DNA of 51,505 bases from Holosporales bacterium (GCA_031266655.1 JAISAP010000047.1:1-51505); one strand, 5' to 3'; shown: positions 25,749-35,292, counted from the first letter of the stretch. Translations and numbers: made by a program. Notes: generated from the letters alone by a model not told the origin.

Positions 25749-27392
25749 CTATTCTGATCTTTTCATAGGAGGAAGTCCGAGAATAGGGCCAGAACGCCTG
25801 ATCATCCGAGCAGCGACGACAGCGGCGTTCCATCCTGCTGCGGTATGACCGAAAGTTTGAGGAGTTGCTTTCGGCTCGTCTAACAGGACATAGACGAGAT
25901 AACGCGGAGAAGAGGCCGGGAAGGCGCCCACGAAGGTGCAGATGTTGGCATCCTTGCGGTATCCTCCTCTCTCTCTCACTTTCTCTGCTGATCCTGTTTT
26001 GCCAATGACAGAATACTCTTCCACTTCCGCTTTACGGCTTGTCCCTGCCGTCACAACCAGACGAAGAAGGGAACACACCTGGTGAGAGATTTTTTCCGAT
26101 AGGATGCGTCGTCCAGGTCCTGCCGACCCCGTCTTCAAGATCGTCGGGGTATGGTAGAGACCATTGTGGATGATACCCCCCACCACGGAAGCAAAGTGCA
26201 AGGGGTTGAATGCAATGCCATGTCCAAAGGCAATGGTTGCAGAGTTCACCTCTCCCCAAGACTTAGGATACAGCGGCGCCTGGATCTCACAGAGCTCGAA
26301 GGGAAGCGCCGACAACAGGCCTAGTTTCTGGAAAAAACTGCGTTGTGCTTTCGCGCCAATTTTCATCGCAATTTTGGCAGATCCGATGTTGGAAGACCGT
26401 GTTAAAATCTCCGCGACCGTCAAGGCACGTCCCTCTCTATGAAAATCGTGGATGGTGAAGCGTCCGATCCTGAGCGGTTCGCTGACATCAAATTGCGTGT
26501 GGATGGTCACCAACCCACTCTCCAAAGCCAGTGCCGTATTGATGATTTTGGCCGAGGAGCCAGGTTCAAAGACCGCGCAAGTCGCTCGATTGAAAAGCGC
26601 TTTCGTCGAAGCCGTCTTGACCTGATTGGGATCAAAATCAGGAAGAGACACTAACGACAGGATTTCCCCCGTTTCCAAATCCATCACAAGGCTCGCAGCG
26701 CCCAGAGCGTTAAATTCCTGCATTCCTTCGATGAGAATCTCGCGCACTGCGTGCTGCAGGGTCATATCTACCGACAGGGCGATGGGCTCCGAAGAAGAGG
26801 ACAGGGCGGCGTCAAACGCCTTTTCAGCTCCCGCAATTCCATGATTATCGGTGTCTGTGAGCCCAACAATATGGGCAAACAACGCCCCATCGGGATAAAC
26901 GCGTCGCTCTGTCTTCTGAAAGGACACTCCAGGAAGACCAAGTCGCAAGACCCTCTCCTGTTCGGTGGGCGTAAGATGGTGCTTGACCCAAACAAATCCT
27001 TTGGGAGAAGTAAAACGCCGCACAAGCTCTTCTGGATCGAGATCGGGGAGCGCCCTGGAAAGGCACCGCGCATCATTCACCGGATCGAGGAGATCTCTGG
27101 GATTGGCGTACACGGAAACCGTTGGCAAGCTCGTCGCAATGAGCTCTCCCTGGCGGTCCGTAATGTCTGAACGCGCAAATCGCGCAGGCGCTTCAAGGGA
27201 GGCAAAAGAAGTACCTTCTAGGGCTTCTCCAAAGACCATCACCTGGAAAAGCTTGGCGATGATGAGGCTCGCGAAAAACACAAAGACACTCATCCCGAGA
27301 ACAATGCGTTGCCGACGTTTTTCTACAGACTGGCGTAGCGATTCTCCGTACTTGTCCATTAAGTGCAGAAGATCGTGCATACCTGCCTTCAT
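25749..27392 (-). CDS. ftsI: Peptidoglycan D,D-transpeptidase FtsI (PBP3)
   Basis: N-terminal TM anchor and a transpeptidase domain with SSAK (SXXK), SSN and KTG motifs. It lies immediately downstream of ftsL. Confidence 0.92.
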   Translation of the reverse strand: MKAGMHDLLHLMDKYGESLRQSVEKRRQRIVLGMSVFVFFASLIIAKLFQVMVFGEALEGTSFASLEAPARFARSDITDRQGELIATSLPTVSVYANPRDLLDPVNDARCLSRALPDLDPEELVRRFTSPKGFVWVKHHLTPTEQERVLRLGLPGVSFQKTERRVYPDGALFAHIVGLTDTDNHGIAGAEKAFDAALSSSSEPIALSVDMTLQHAVREILIEGMQEFNALGAASLVMDLETGEILSLVSLPDFDPNQVKTASTKALFNRATCAVFEPGSSAKIINTALALESGLVTIHTQFDVSEPLRIGRFTIHDFHREGRALTVAEILTRSSNIGSAKIAMKIGAKAQRSFFQKLGLLSALPFELCEIQAPLYPKSWGEVNSATIAFGHGIAFNPLHFASVVGGIIHNGLYHTPTILKTGSAGPGRRILSEKISHQVCSLLRLVVTAGTSRKAEVEEYSVIGKTGSAEKVRERGGYRKDANICTFVGAFPASSPRYLVYVLLDEPKATPQTFGHTAAGWNAAVVAARMIRRSGPILGLPPMKRSE

Positions 27393-27396
27393 CCTC

Positions 27397-27750
27397 TTAG
27401 GGCTCTTTCCGCTGGGGGGCCTTCAAGACCTCCTCCTCCGCCTCGATGAGACTCCCAAGCGCGTCGCGCACAGGGGCAACGCGGAGAAAATCCTCTTTTG
27501 GCATCAGCTGCTTCGGCATGAGGGGCGCAAATCCCAAATGCTTCTGCGCTAGCTTCTGTACGCGCTGGGCATCGGTTGCATACTTCCATTCCGCCTTGAG
27601 CACGTGGTGCTGCTCTTCCTCCTTGTCGATGGCTCGCAAGAGAGCGCGCACATTCTCTTCGATCTCCACAACACGATACTTTGAGTAACACAGCACAAGA
27701 CCGCACAGTATGCCGAGAGATAAGAGTAAGAGGACAGATCTGCGCATCAC
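27397..27750 (-). CDS. ftsL: Cell division protein FtsL
   Basis: 117 aa, a single N-terminal TM segment (VLLLLSLGILCGLVLCY) and then a coiled coil. Located between rsmH and ftsI; its start overlaps the rsmH stop as ATGA. Confidence 0.8.
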   Translation of the reverse strand: MMRRSVLLLLSLGILCGLVLCYSKYRVVEIEENVRALLRAIDKEEEQHHVLKAEWKYATDAQRVQKLAQKHLGFAPLMPKQLMPKEDFLRVAPVRDALGSLIEAEEEVLKAPQRKEP

Positions 27751-28649
27751 GGCTGCTTCACGCCGACTCGCATTTTGGCCGAGCGCGCTCGCGGATGCAT
27801 GCGTTTTTCCTCCTCAGAAGGCGTCATGGGCTTTTTGTACAGAGGGGCGAAAGGGCCTTTCCCAGGGAGAGGCTTGCCTGAGATCGGATCGACAGGCGCC
27901 TCCGGTCCGTTGAGAAAGCGCTTCACCAGCCGGTCTTCCAGGGAGTGAAACGCGACCACGACCAATCGCCCCCCGGCCTTGAGGTACTTTTCCGCATGAA
28001 GGAGCGCCTTTTGCAACTCTCCCAACTCGTCGTTTACAAAAATCCGGAGGGCTTGAAAAGTGCGGGTCGCAGGATCTCTTAGGGGAGAACCCCGCACGAC
28101 AGAGGCGACAAGGCGCTGTAGATCCCAAGTCGTTTGCAAGGGCCGTTTACGGCGCGCCTCCACAATTTTCCTGGCAATAGCACGCGATTTGGGTTCTTCT
28201 CCGTAGGTCCACAAGATTTCCGAAATCTGCTCCTCCGGAAAAGTGTTCACCACCTCCGCAGCGGAGAGAGCGTTGGCGCCCATCCTCATATCCAGCGGAC
28301 CCTTTTTCTGAAAGGAAAATCCCCTCTCTGGTACGTCAATTTGCATCGCAGAAACCCCGAGATCTAGCACCATTCCATCAAGGGTTGTGTATCCCGCCCG
28401 AGCGAGCAGGGCGGGGATCTCTGAGAAGCAAGCTGTAAAAAATTGGAAGCGCTCTCCAAATTGCTCGCGCAACGACTGTGCATAAGGAAGAGCGGCCGAA
28501 TCCCGATCGCAGGCAAGAACGCGGCAGGTGCAGGAGGAGAGAAGAGCGCGGCTATACCCTCCCGCACCAAAGGTCCCGTCTAGGTACGCCCCCCCCTCTC
28601 TTGGAGCGAGCTGGGTGAGGAACTGAGAGAGTAAGACCGGTTTGTGCAT
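27747..28649 (-). CDS. rsmH: 16S rRNA (cytosine1402-N4)-methyltransferase RsmH (MraW)
   Basis: HKPVLL...YLDGTFGAGGYS...DLGVSAMQID...RGFSF...FHSLEDR: canonical RsmH blocks. The ATG at 28649 (MHKPVLL) is preferred over the track start at 28694. Confidence 0.95.
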   Translation of the reverse strand: MHKPVLLSQFLTQLAPREGGAYLDGTFGAGGYSRALLSSCTCRVLACDRDSAALPYAQSLREQFGERFQFFTACFSEIPALLARAGYTTLDGMVLDLGVSAMQIDVPERGFSFQKKGPLDMRMGANALSAAEVVNTFPEEQISEILWTYGEEPKSRAIARKIVEARRKRPLQTTWDLQRLVASVVRGSPLRDPATRTFQALRIFVNDELGELQKALLHAEKYLKAGGRLVVVAFHSLEDRLVKRFLNGPEAPVDPISGKPLPGKGPFAPLYKKPMTPSEEEKRMHPRARSAKMRVGVKQP

Positions 28650-28866
28650 AACTGGAAAAGAGCTCCCTCTGTTTCTACAAGCGCTCAAACGCATCCTCGT
28701 ACTCTAGCAGAAAAAGTCCCTCCTGCAGATGACGTCCTGAGCATGGGCTCTTCCTTCGATTTGACGTTCCTTCCCAGTGAAATTTACGGTTTTTTCATTC
28801 TCGTCACGTTAACTGTCTGCAACCTGTCCTGCGCCACGCGCACAGTCAAAAACAAAGGTGACAAAA

Positions 28867-30441
28867 ATGAAACAGCAAAGACGTTTAGGAACGATGGTCG
28901 CATGGGCTTTGGGAGTGCTGGGAGCATGTCCCGCAACTGAAGCGATGCGGCAGCTTCTGGAAGAGTCTCCCGACGGACAAGAGCGGGTTATCCTTCCCGC
29001 AGAGCTGAAAACGCTGCATGCGAGCCTTTTCGCCAATCACTTCGCTCCTTTCTCTGTTACTTTTGATCAGGGCTCTCGTTTTACGGAGATAGAAACACAC
29101 CTTTTCGCTTATTCCAGGATTCAGTCCGTTATCCTTCCCGCAAGCGTAGAAGTGCTTGAGGCAAGTTGCTTCGCCCATTGTCCATCGCTCATCTCCGTCA
29201 TGTTTGAAGCTGGTTCCTACCTGACCATCATCAGGGAGAATGTTTTCCAAGATTCTACTTTGCAGTCCATTGTGATCCCTGCGCGCGTGGAGGTCATGGG
29301 TGCACGGTGCTTCTCGGGGTGCCACTCGCTTGCTACCGTTGTCTTCGAAGCGGATTCCCGACTCGCGAGATTGGAGGAAGGCGTTTTCTGGAGCTCTAGC
29401 CTGCCCTCTCTCACCCTTCCGGCAAGCGTAGAGGTGATGGCAGAAAAGTGTTTTCAATTCTGTCAGTCTCTTGCTGCGCTTGCCTTTGAGACCGATTCTC
29501 GGTTGAGAAGCATAGAGGCGGACGCCTTTGCTTATTCTGGCTTGCCCTCTATCACCCTCCCAAGGAGTGTGGAAATGCTGGGAGTTGGGTGTTTCAGATA
29601 CTGCCGATCTCTTGTCTCCCTTGTCGTTGAGGAAGATTCTCGACTCGGAGATGTGGGAAGCGAAGCGTTTGCGGGAACGCTTTTGACAAGCATTGATTTC
29701 CCGGGTGGAGTGGCTCTTGGGGACTGTGTGTTTCAAGATTCTTGCATCCGAGAAATATACCTTGGAGGTGCCTTAGTGGACACTTCCAGTGACGCTTACG
29801 CAGGTGCCAAAATGCTGCAAAAACCGAAAGTGAGACAGGATGCACCACCCCCCAAGCCCTCTGAGGAGGGACGTTTGCAGGCACAGTTCCTCCTCAGCCA
29901 AATACAGGCCCAAGATCCGGCGTCTCCGATGGATACGAAAGAGATGCTGAAAGAGCTTTCCCCCCTCGTCCAGATGCGGAACCTAGAGGATCTGAACAAT
30001 GCCTTGGCTTCCTCCAGTTCTGGCGTTTCTGTGCACTCCGAGATGCATCTCCGGCAGCAAGGAGGGCTGCAGCGTACTGACCAACCTCTAGGTCTGGCTC
30101 TCGACGGAACAGGACCCTTTCAGAGCGCCAAAGAAGGCCTCTTGGGCAAATCCGCGGGCCTCTCCCTCCAAGATTGGTCCTTGCCGCAAGGGGGTCAGGG
30201 GATGGAAACCGGCGATGGCTCCCATGATGCGATTCCTGCTTCAGGGGCCTTCCGAACTGGGGTCTCGGGGGAGGGTGGATTGAGCATAATTGCCTCAGGC
30301 ACTCTGGAGCGCTCTCCCACAGATCTTGCCCACGAACTTTCCGAAATGATCCGCGCCCAATACGCTGCCAGTACCAAAGTCCTCTCTACCCTCGACGATA
30401 TGCTCGATATGTGCAACGTATCAGACGCGCCAAATGCCTGA
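28867..30441 (+). CDS. BspA-type LRR protein with a non-LRR C-terminal domain, LRR2
   Basis: AAAGGTG lies 6 nt upstream of the ATG at 28867 (the track start is the GTG at 28858). 26-aa leader MKQQRRLGTMVAWALGVLGACPATEA|M. About 11 LRR units (..LPASVEVMAEKCFQFCQSLAALAFETDSRLRSIEADAFAYSGL..) followed by ~210 aa with no repeats. Confidence 0.85.
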   Translation: MKQQRRLGTMVAWALGVLGACPATEAMRQLLEESPDGQERVILPAELKTLHASLFANHFAPFSVTFDQGSRFTEIETHLFAYSRIQSVILPASVEVLEASCFAHCPSLISVMFEAGSYLTIIRENVFQDSTLQSIVIPARVEVMGARCFSGCHSLATVVFEADSRLARLEEGVFWSSSLPSLTLPASVEVMAEKCFQFCQSLAALAFETDSRLRSIEADAFAYSGLPSITLPRSVEMLGVGCFRYCRSLVSLVVEEDSRLGDVGSEAFAGTLLTSIDFPGGVALGDCVFQDSCIREIYLGGALVDTSSDAYAGAKMLQKPKVRQDAPPPKPSEEGRLQAQFLLSQIQAQDPASPMDTKEMLKELSPLVQMRNLEDLNNALASSSSGVSVHSEMHLRQQGGLQRTDQPLGLALDGTGPFQSAKEGLLGKSAGLSLQDWSLPQGGQGMETGDGSHDAIPASGAFRTGVSGEGGLSIIASGTLERSPTDLAHELSEMIRAQYAASTKVLSTLDDMLDMCNVSDAPNA

Positions 30442-30470
30442 AAACATCCTTAGCCCCTCCACAGCAACTA

Positions 30471-30504
30471 CGTAGCTTTGCTTTTGTTGTGCGACAAAGC
30501 TACG
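30471..30504. terminator. Candidate bidirectional terminator hairpin between convergent genes
   Basis: CGTAGCTTTG (30471-30480) pairs perfectly with CAAAGCTACG (30495-30504) across a T-rich 14-nt loop. It sits between the stops at 30441 (+) and 30521 (-). Confidence 0.55.
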
Positions 30505-30520
30505 CGAGGCTGAAGAACCT

Positions 30521-31117
30521 TTACTCAGGAGAAGGAGTCCAGAGTATAGGTAGTGCTCCATCATTCGGAGTATTGAGCCGTGGCCCAATAACAGTGGGCT
30601 GCGACGGCTTAGCCGCCTTGAAGTTCAACGGAGCCGGATAACGATAGCGCCTACGATGGCCTCCCTCCGCCCGAAGAAGGGCAAGATCTCGTAGCCTCGC
30701 ACACTCTCCACGAGAGTTCTCATTGAACAGTGCCCCTGTGTGTCTGTTCAAATCATCGTACCTCCCATCCCTCGTTAAATTAAGATATCTGCTTTTCGTA
30801 GGACTATCGGCTCCCATGGGCAGCAACACTGCCGTAGCTTCGTTCGGAATTGAATAGAATGCCCAAGTCCTCTGATGATCCAATGTCTCTCCATTCCAAA
30901 TGACTGTCAGATCTACACGCCCAAACCTCGACTTCAAGCTGTCACCAACAGCTTCCTGTTTATTCATGTTTCTCGCTCGTATGACCACTTGGCCTGGCAG
31001 AAGGAATCTCATCTCCGATTGATCGTTCTCCGACTGGGAAGAATCGGGAGACATGGCCTGCGCAACCATTCCATAGCAAAACAGCACCCCTAACATCGAT
31101 CCTAATATTTTTCTCAT
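30521..31117 (-). CDS. Small exported protein of unknown function
   Basis: Leader MRKILGSMLGVLFCYGMVAQA|M from the ATG at 31117. Track ORF starts at 31234 inside an extremely AT-rich spacer. No recognisable domain. Confidence 0.65.
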   Translation of the reverse strand: MRKILGSMLGVLFCYGMVAQAMSPDSSQSENDQSEMRFLLPGQVVIRARNMNKQEAVGDSLKSRFGRVDLTVIWNGETLDHQRTWAFYSIPNEATAVLLPMGADSPTKSRYLNLTRDGRYDDLNRHTGALFNENSRGECARLRDLALLRAEGGHRRRYRYPAPLNFKAAKPSQPTVIGPRLNTPNDGALPILWTPSPE

Positions 31118-31439
31118 TGTCTTTTCCTTTATTTTAATACAGTACATTTCGTACCATAATATACATATAGTGAAAAAAATAAAAAAGACAAGCAGAAAAA
31201 AATATAATGGACAAAAGTCGTCGAGTTTTGGCAATTTCTTCGGAAGGCAGAGTTTCGCCTATGCTGCGCGCAGCGAGGCCTCCCAAGGGACCTACACTGC
31301 TGACCAAGAAGGGTATGAGACAGAGTCATGAGATATGCATACTCCACCCTATCCATTCCCACTGCGAAAATCTGTGTTTCTATAGCTTGTTCTACCGGAG
31401 AATTCGTACATAATGCACAGCAGACAGAGGCAACGAACC

Positions 31440-33002
31440 ATGGGACAGCACAAGGGTTTTCGCACGATTTCTGTGTTGATTCTGGGAGTGCTGAGCGTTC
31501 CTTCCAAGCCTGAAGCGATGCAATCGGAACGGGCCCCTGGTATTTCTGTTTTCCCTAGAAGAGGGGTCGCTCGTGCGGGGAGATTCGTTCCGTTTCCTAT
31601 CATTGAATCCTGCATAAACGACCAGATGGTAGGGGGCATTGCTTGGAAAGCCTGTCGGTGTTTTCCCTTACAATCCCTTGTTGTTCCCGCCTCCGTGAAG
31701 GGGATGGGAGTTGGATATTTCGAAGATTGTCGTTCTCTGGTCTGGGTTGTTTTCGAATGCGGTTCTCAGCTCCGAGACATTAAAGAGCGCACTTTCGCAA
31801 ATGTCGGTTTGAGGGCTATTGCGATTCCCAAAAGCGTTGAGACAATCGGAGAGTGGTGTTTCGGGAATTGCGATTCTCTAGCCTTGGTTACCTTTGAAGT
31901 TGGCTCTCGACTCCAAGACATTGGGGAAAACGCCTTCTTTGATTCTGGCGTGACAGCCATGATTCTGCCCGTAAGCGTTGGAAAAATTGGAAAGAATTGT
32001 TTCATGAATTGCGATTCTCTAGCCTTGGTTACCTTTGAAGTGGGATCTCGACCCCAAGACATTGGGGAAAACACTTTCTTCAATGTCGGTTTGAGGGCTA
32101 TTGCGATTCCCAAAAGCGTTGAGAGAATCGGAGGGTGGTGTTTCGCGAGTTGCCTTTTTCTAGCCTGGGTTACTTTTGAAGTTGGCTTTCGACTCCAAGC
32201 CATGGGAAAAAGCGCTTTCTTTAATACCGGTTTGAGAGCCATTACCCTTCCCACCAGTCTTGAGAGGATTGAAAGGGAGTGTTTCATGAATTGCCGATCT
32301 TTGACCTCGTTCACCTTTGAAGCGGGATCTCAACCTCAAGAAATAGGAGAAAGTTCCTTCGCTGGTTCTGGCGTGACAGCCATGACTCTGCCCGCAAGCG
32401 TTGGAAAAATTGGAAAGAATTGTTTCATGGATTGCCGATCTTTGACCTCGTTCACCTTTGAAGCTGGTTCTCAACTCCGAGACATTGGAGAAAGTGCCTT
32501 CTTTGGTTCCGGCGTGACAGCCATGATTCTGCCCGCAAGCGTTGGAAAAATTGGCAAGAATTGTTTCATGAATTGCCGATCTTTGACCTCGTTCACCTTT
32601 GAAGCTGGTTCTCAACTCCAAGACATTGGGGAAAACGCTTTCTCTAGTACCGATTTGAGAGCCATTACCCTTCCCGCCAGTCTTGAGAGAATTGGAGAGG
32701 GTTGTTTCGCGAATTGCCGATCTTTGACCTCGTTCACCTTTGAAGTGGGATCTCGACTCCAAGCCATGGGAAAAAGCGCCTTCGCTGGTTCCGGCGTAAC
32801 AGCCATGACTCTGCCCGCAAGTGTTGAGACAATGGGAAGGTGGTGTTTTATGGATTGCCGATCTCTTATCTTCGTTGATTCTGAGGAGGGCTCCCGGCTC
32901 ACGAGAATTGAGGCAAACACTTTCTCTGAGAGCCCTCAGGTGCAGCTCTCTCTTTTTCTCAGCAGCTTAATGGAGGCTAGCGCGACTGCCCCGCCCCTCT
33001 AA
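31440..33002 (+). CDS. BspA-type LRR protein, LRR3 (highly regular 141-nt repeats)
   Basis: 26-aa leader MGQHKGFRTISVLILGVLSVPSKPEA|M from the ATG at 31440 (track start 31413). Units take the form ..LPASVGKIGKNCFMNCRSLTSFTFEAGSQLQDIGENAF..G..A... The TGC-of-CxSL register recurs at 31869, 32010, 32151, 32292, 32433, 32574, 32715 and 32856. Confidence 0.88.
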   Translation: MGQHKGFRTISVLILGVLSVPSKPEAMQSERAPGISVFPRRGVARAGRFVPFPIIESCINDQMVGGIAWKACRCFPLQSLVVPASVKGMGVGYFEDCRSLVWVVFECGSQLRDIKERTFANVGLRAIAIPKSVETIGEWCFGNCDSLALVTFEVGSRLQDIGENAFFDSGVTAMILPVSVGKIGKNCFMNCDSLALVTFEVGSRPQDIGENTFFNVGLRAIAIPKSVERIGGWCFASCLFLAWVTFEVGFRLQAMGKSAFFNTGLRAITLPTSLERIERECFMNCRSLTSFTFEAGSQPQEIGESSFAGSGVTAMTLPASVGKIGKNCFMDCRSLTSFTFEAGSQLRDIGESAFFGSGVTAMILPASVGKIGKNCFMNCRSLTSFTFEAGSQLQDIGENAFSSTDLRAITLPASLERIGEGCFANCRSLTSFTFEVGSRLQAMGKSAFAGSGVTAMTLPASVETMGRWCFMDCRSLIFVDSEEGSRLTRIEANTFSESPQVQLSLFLSSLMEASATAPPL

Positions 33003-33049
33003 GTTGGGCAAGAAGAGACCAGCTTTCCGAGCAACAGGCGACCTGCTCC

Positions 33050-35005
33050 CTACTGAGTTAATTGCGGGAGATCTTTGAAGTACTCTAAGACGGAGGCGTC
33101 TTCCAGGGACTCCTTGTTCTTGATCTCTTTGCCATGGATCATGCACTTAACCGCAATTTCTGTGATCTTCCCATTCTTGGTGTGCGGAATAGCCGGCACC
33201 TGGAGAATCAGGCTAGGAACGTGGCGCGGAGTCGCATTCGTGCGGATCACGCGCTTGATGCGGTCTACGAGCTCTTCTGTCAAGGTCACGCCTTCAGCAA
33301 GCGCCACAAACAAGAGGACGCGCTCATCGTTGTTCCACTGCTGTCCCACTGCGACGCTCTCTAGCACCTCTTTGACAGTGCAAACCTGCTCATAAATCTC
33401 CGCCGTGCCAATACGCACCCCTCCGGGATTCAACACTGTGTCCGCCCGTCCTGAGATCACCACCCCATGATTCTTGGTGACTTCTCCCCAGTCTCCATGG
33501 CACCAGACATTCGGGAAGGATTCGAAATAGGCCTTGTGATACCGCTCTCCGGAGGCATCCCCCCAGAACCCAATGGGTTGCGAAGGGAACGTCTGCGTGC
33601 AGACAAGATCGCCCTGCTCTCCCGTGGCCACAGGTTTTCCTCGACTATTGAAGAATTCCACCTTCATTCCTAAGCCGCGCCCCTGCATCTCACTGGAAAA
33701 AACGGGGCTGATGGGGTTTCCTATCATGAAGCAAGAAACGATGTCTGTCCCCCCCGAAAAGACGTTCAAATGCACATCCTTTTTGATGTTTTTGTAAACG
33801 CTGGTCGCGGTTTCTGGGCTGAGGGGGGACCCCGTGACGCCCACCGTTCGGAGCGTCATGAGCCTATGCGTCTTGGCTGGACGGATTTCCATTTTGGAGA
33901 TCATGTCCAAGTATTTGGCGGAAGTACCAAAGAAGGTCATATCCCAAGCATCCGCGTAGTCAAAGAGGATGTCCGGCCTGGGGTGCAGCGGAGAGCCGTC
34001 ATACAGGAGCAAAGTGGCCTCAGAAGCCAGAACGGAAGTAAACCAGTTCCACATCATCCAACTGCAGGTTGTAAAGTAAAAGACACGATCGTTGGGAGTG
34101 ATATTACAGTGCAGCTGGTGCTCTTTGAGGTGCTGCAGAAGGGTGCCTCCGGCGCCATGGACGATACACTTGGGTACCCCTGTGGTTCCCGAGGTGAAAA
34201 GAATGTAGATCGGGTGATTGAAGGGGAACTTCTTAAATTCCAAGGGAGGAACAGGACCCTTCCCAGAGAAAGTGGCGAAGTCGGTGACGCGCTTGCCGAT
34301 CCCGCGAGGAAGGCCTGCTTCGATGTAGGGAATGATCACCAGTTTTTCGACAGAAGGTAATCCGTTGACGACCTCTGTGATTTTGTTGGTGTTATCAAAG
34401 GCTTTTCCCTTGTAGTAGTACCCGTCTACGGCGAAAAGCACTTTCGGGGCCACCTGACCGAAGCGGTCAATGGCACCTGCTGCGCCGAAATCGGGGGAAC
34501 AAGAGGACCAGATCGCTCCAATACTGATCGTCGCGAGGGCGGCGATGATCGTCTCTGGAACGTTGGCGACGTATCCGGCAACCCGATCGCCTGGGACGAC
34601 CTTTAGCTCTTTCAAGGCATGCGCAACGCGCGCAACCGCATCAAAGAGCTCCTTATACGTGTAGGTCTTCTGGACCTTGTCCTCCCCCCAGAACACCAGG
34701 GCGAGACGCCCATCTTGCCTTCGAAGCAAATTTTCTGCGAAATTCAAGCGCGCTTCTGGGAAATAATGGTGGCATTCAAAGCGCTTTTCCCCATTGGTGA
34801 TGCGCTCTCCCTTGGTTTCCGCAATAACGCCGCAAAAGTCCCACACGCTATTCCAGAACGCTTGCGGATTCTTGACAGACCACTCCCACAGAGCCGGCAT
34901 GCCGGGGAGCGAACAATGTTGTTCTTGCTCTATTTTATGAAGTAATCGATAAAGATTGGTCTGTGCAATTTGTCCTTCCGAAGGGCTCCAAAGGGGCTTT
35001 TTCAT
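33050..35005 (-). CDS. Acetoacetyl-CoA synthetase (acetoacetate-CoA ligase)
   Basis: 651 aa. The N-terminus (LWSPSEGQIAQTNLYRLLHKIE...ALWEWSVKNPQAFWNSVWDFCGV) is typical of acetoacetyl-CoA synthetases. AMP-binding motif FTSGTTGVPKCIVH. The length fits AACS rather than acetyl-CoA synthetase. Confidence 0.85.
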   Translation of the reverse strand: MKKPLWSPSEGQIAQTNLYRLLHKIEQEQHCSLPGMPALWEWSVKNPQAFWNSVWDFCGVIAETKGERITNGEKRFECHHYFPEARLNFAENLLRRQDGRLALVFWGEDKVQKTYTYKELFDAVARVAHALKELKVVPGDRVAGYVANVPETIIAALATISIGAIWSSCSPDFGAAGAIDRFGQVAPKVLFAVDGYYYKGKAFDNTNKITEVVNGLPSVEKLVIIPYIEAGLPRGIGKRVTDFATFSGKGPVPPLEFKKFPFNHPIYILFTSGTTGVPKCIVHGAGGTLLQHLKEHQLHCNITPNDRVFYFTTCSWMMWNWFTSVLASEATLLLYDGSPLHPRPDILFDYADAWDMTFFGTSAKYLDMISKMEIRPAKTHRLMTLRTVGVTGSPLSPETATSVYKNIKKDVHLNVFSGGTDIVSCFMIGNPISPVFSSEMQGRGLGMKVEFFNSRGKPVATGEQGDLVCTQTFPSQPIGFWGDASGERYHKAYFESFPNVWCHGDWGEVTKNHGVVISGRADTVLNPGGVRIGTAEIYEQVCTVKEVLESVAVGQQWNNDERVLLFVALAEGVTLTEELVDRIKRVIRTNATPRHVPSLILQVPAIPHTKNGKITEIAVKCMIHGKEIKNKESLEDASVLEYFKDLPQLTQ

Positions 35006-35194
35006 CGCTGTTTCTCCTGCAATCTATGGAATGTCCATTTTGGGATAAAATTATTACCAATTGGTAAACTAAGCACATTTTTTGCGCCAATTCATCAAAA
35101 ATTCCCCAATATACTCCCGCATAGCGCCTCTCTCCCTTCTCCAGTCGGATTCCTGGGATGACAAGGCATGCAATCTCGAGTATCTTGCCGAGGG

Positions 35195-35280
35195 GCCCAG
35201 GTGGCGGAATTGGTAGACGCGCTAGATTCAGGTTCTAGTCTGTTCTGCAGGTGGAAGTTCGAGTCTTCTCCTGGGCACCA
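35195..35280 (+). tRNA. tRNA-Leu (anticodon CAG), type II with long variable arm and encoded CCA
   Basis: GCCCAGG acceptor / CCTGGGC-A-CCA. Anticodon stem CTAGA/TCTAG with loop TTCAGGT (CAG). Long variable arm. T-arm GGAAG-TTCGAGT-CTTCT. Confidence 0.92.
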
Positions 35281-35292
35281 TCGGGAGAAAAC

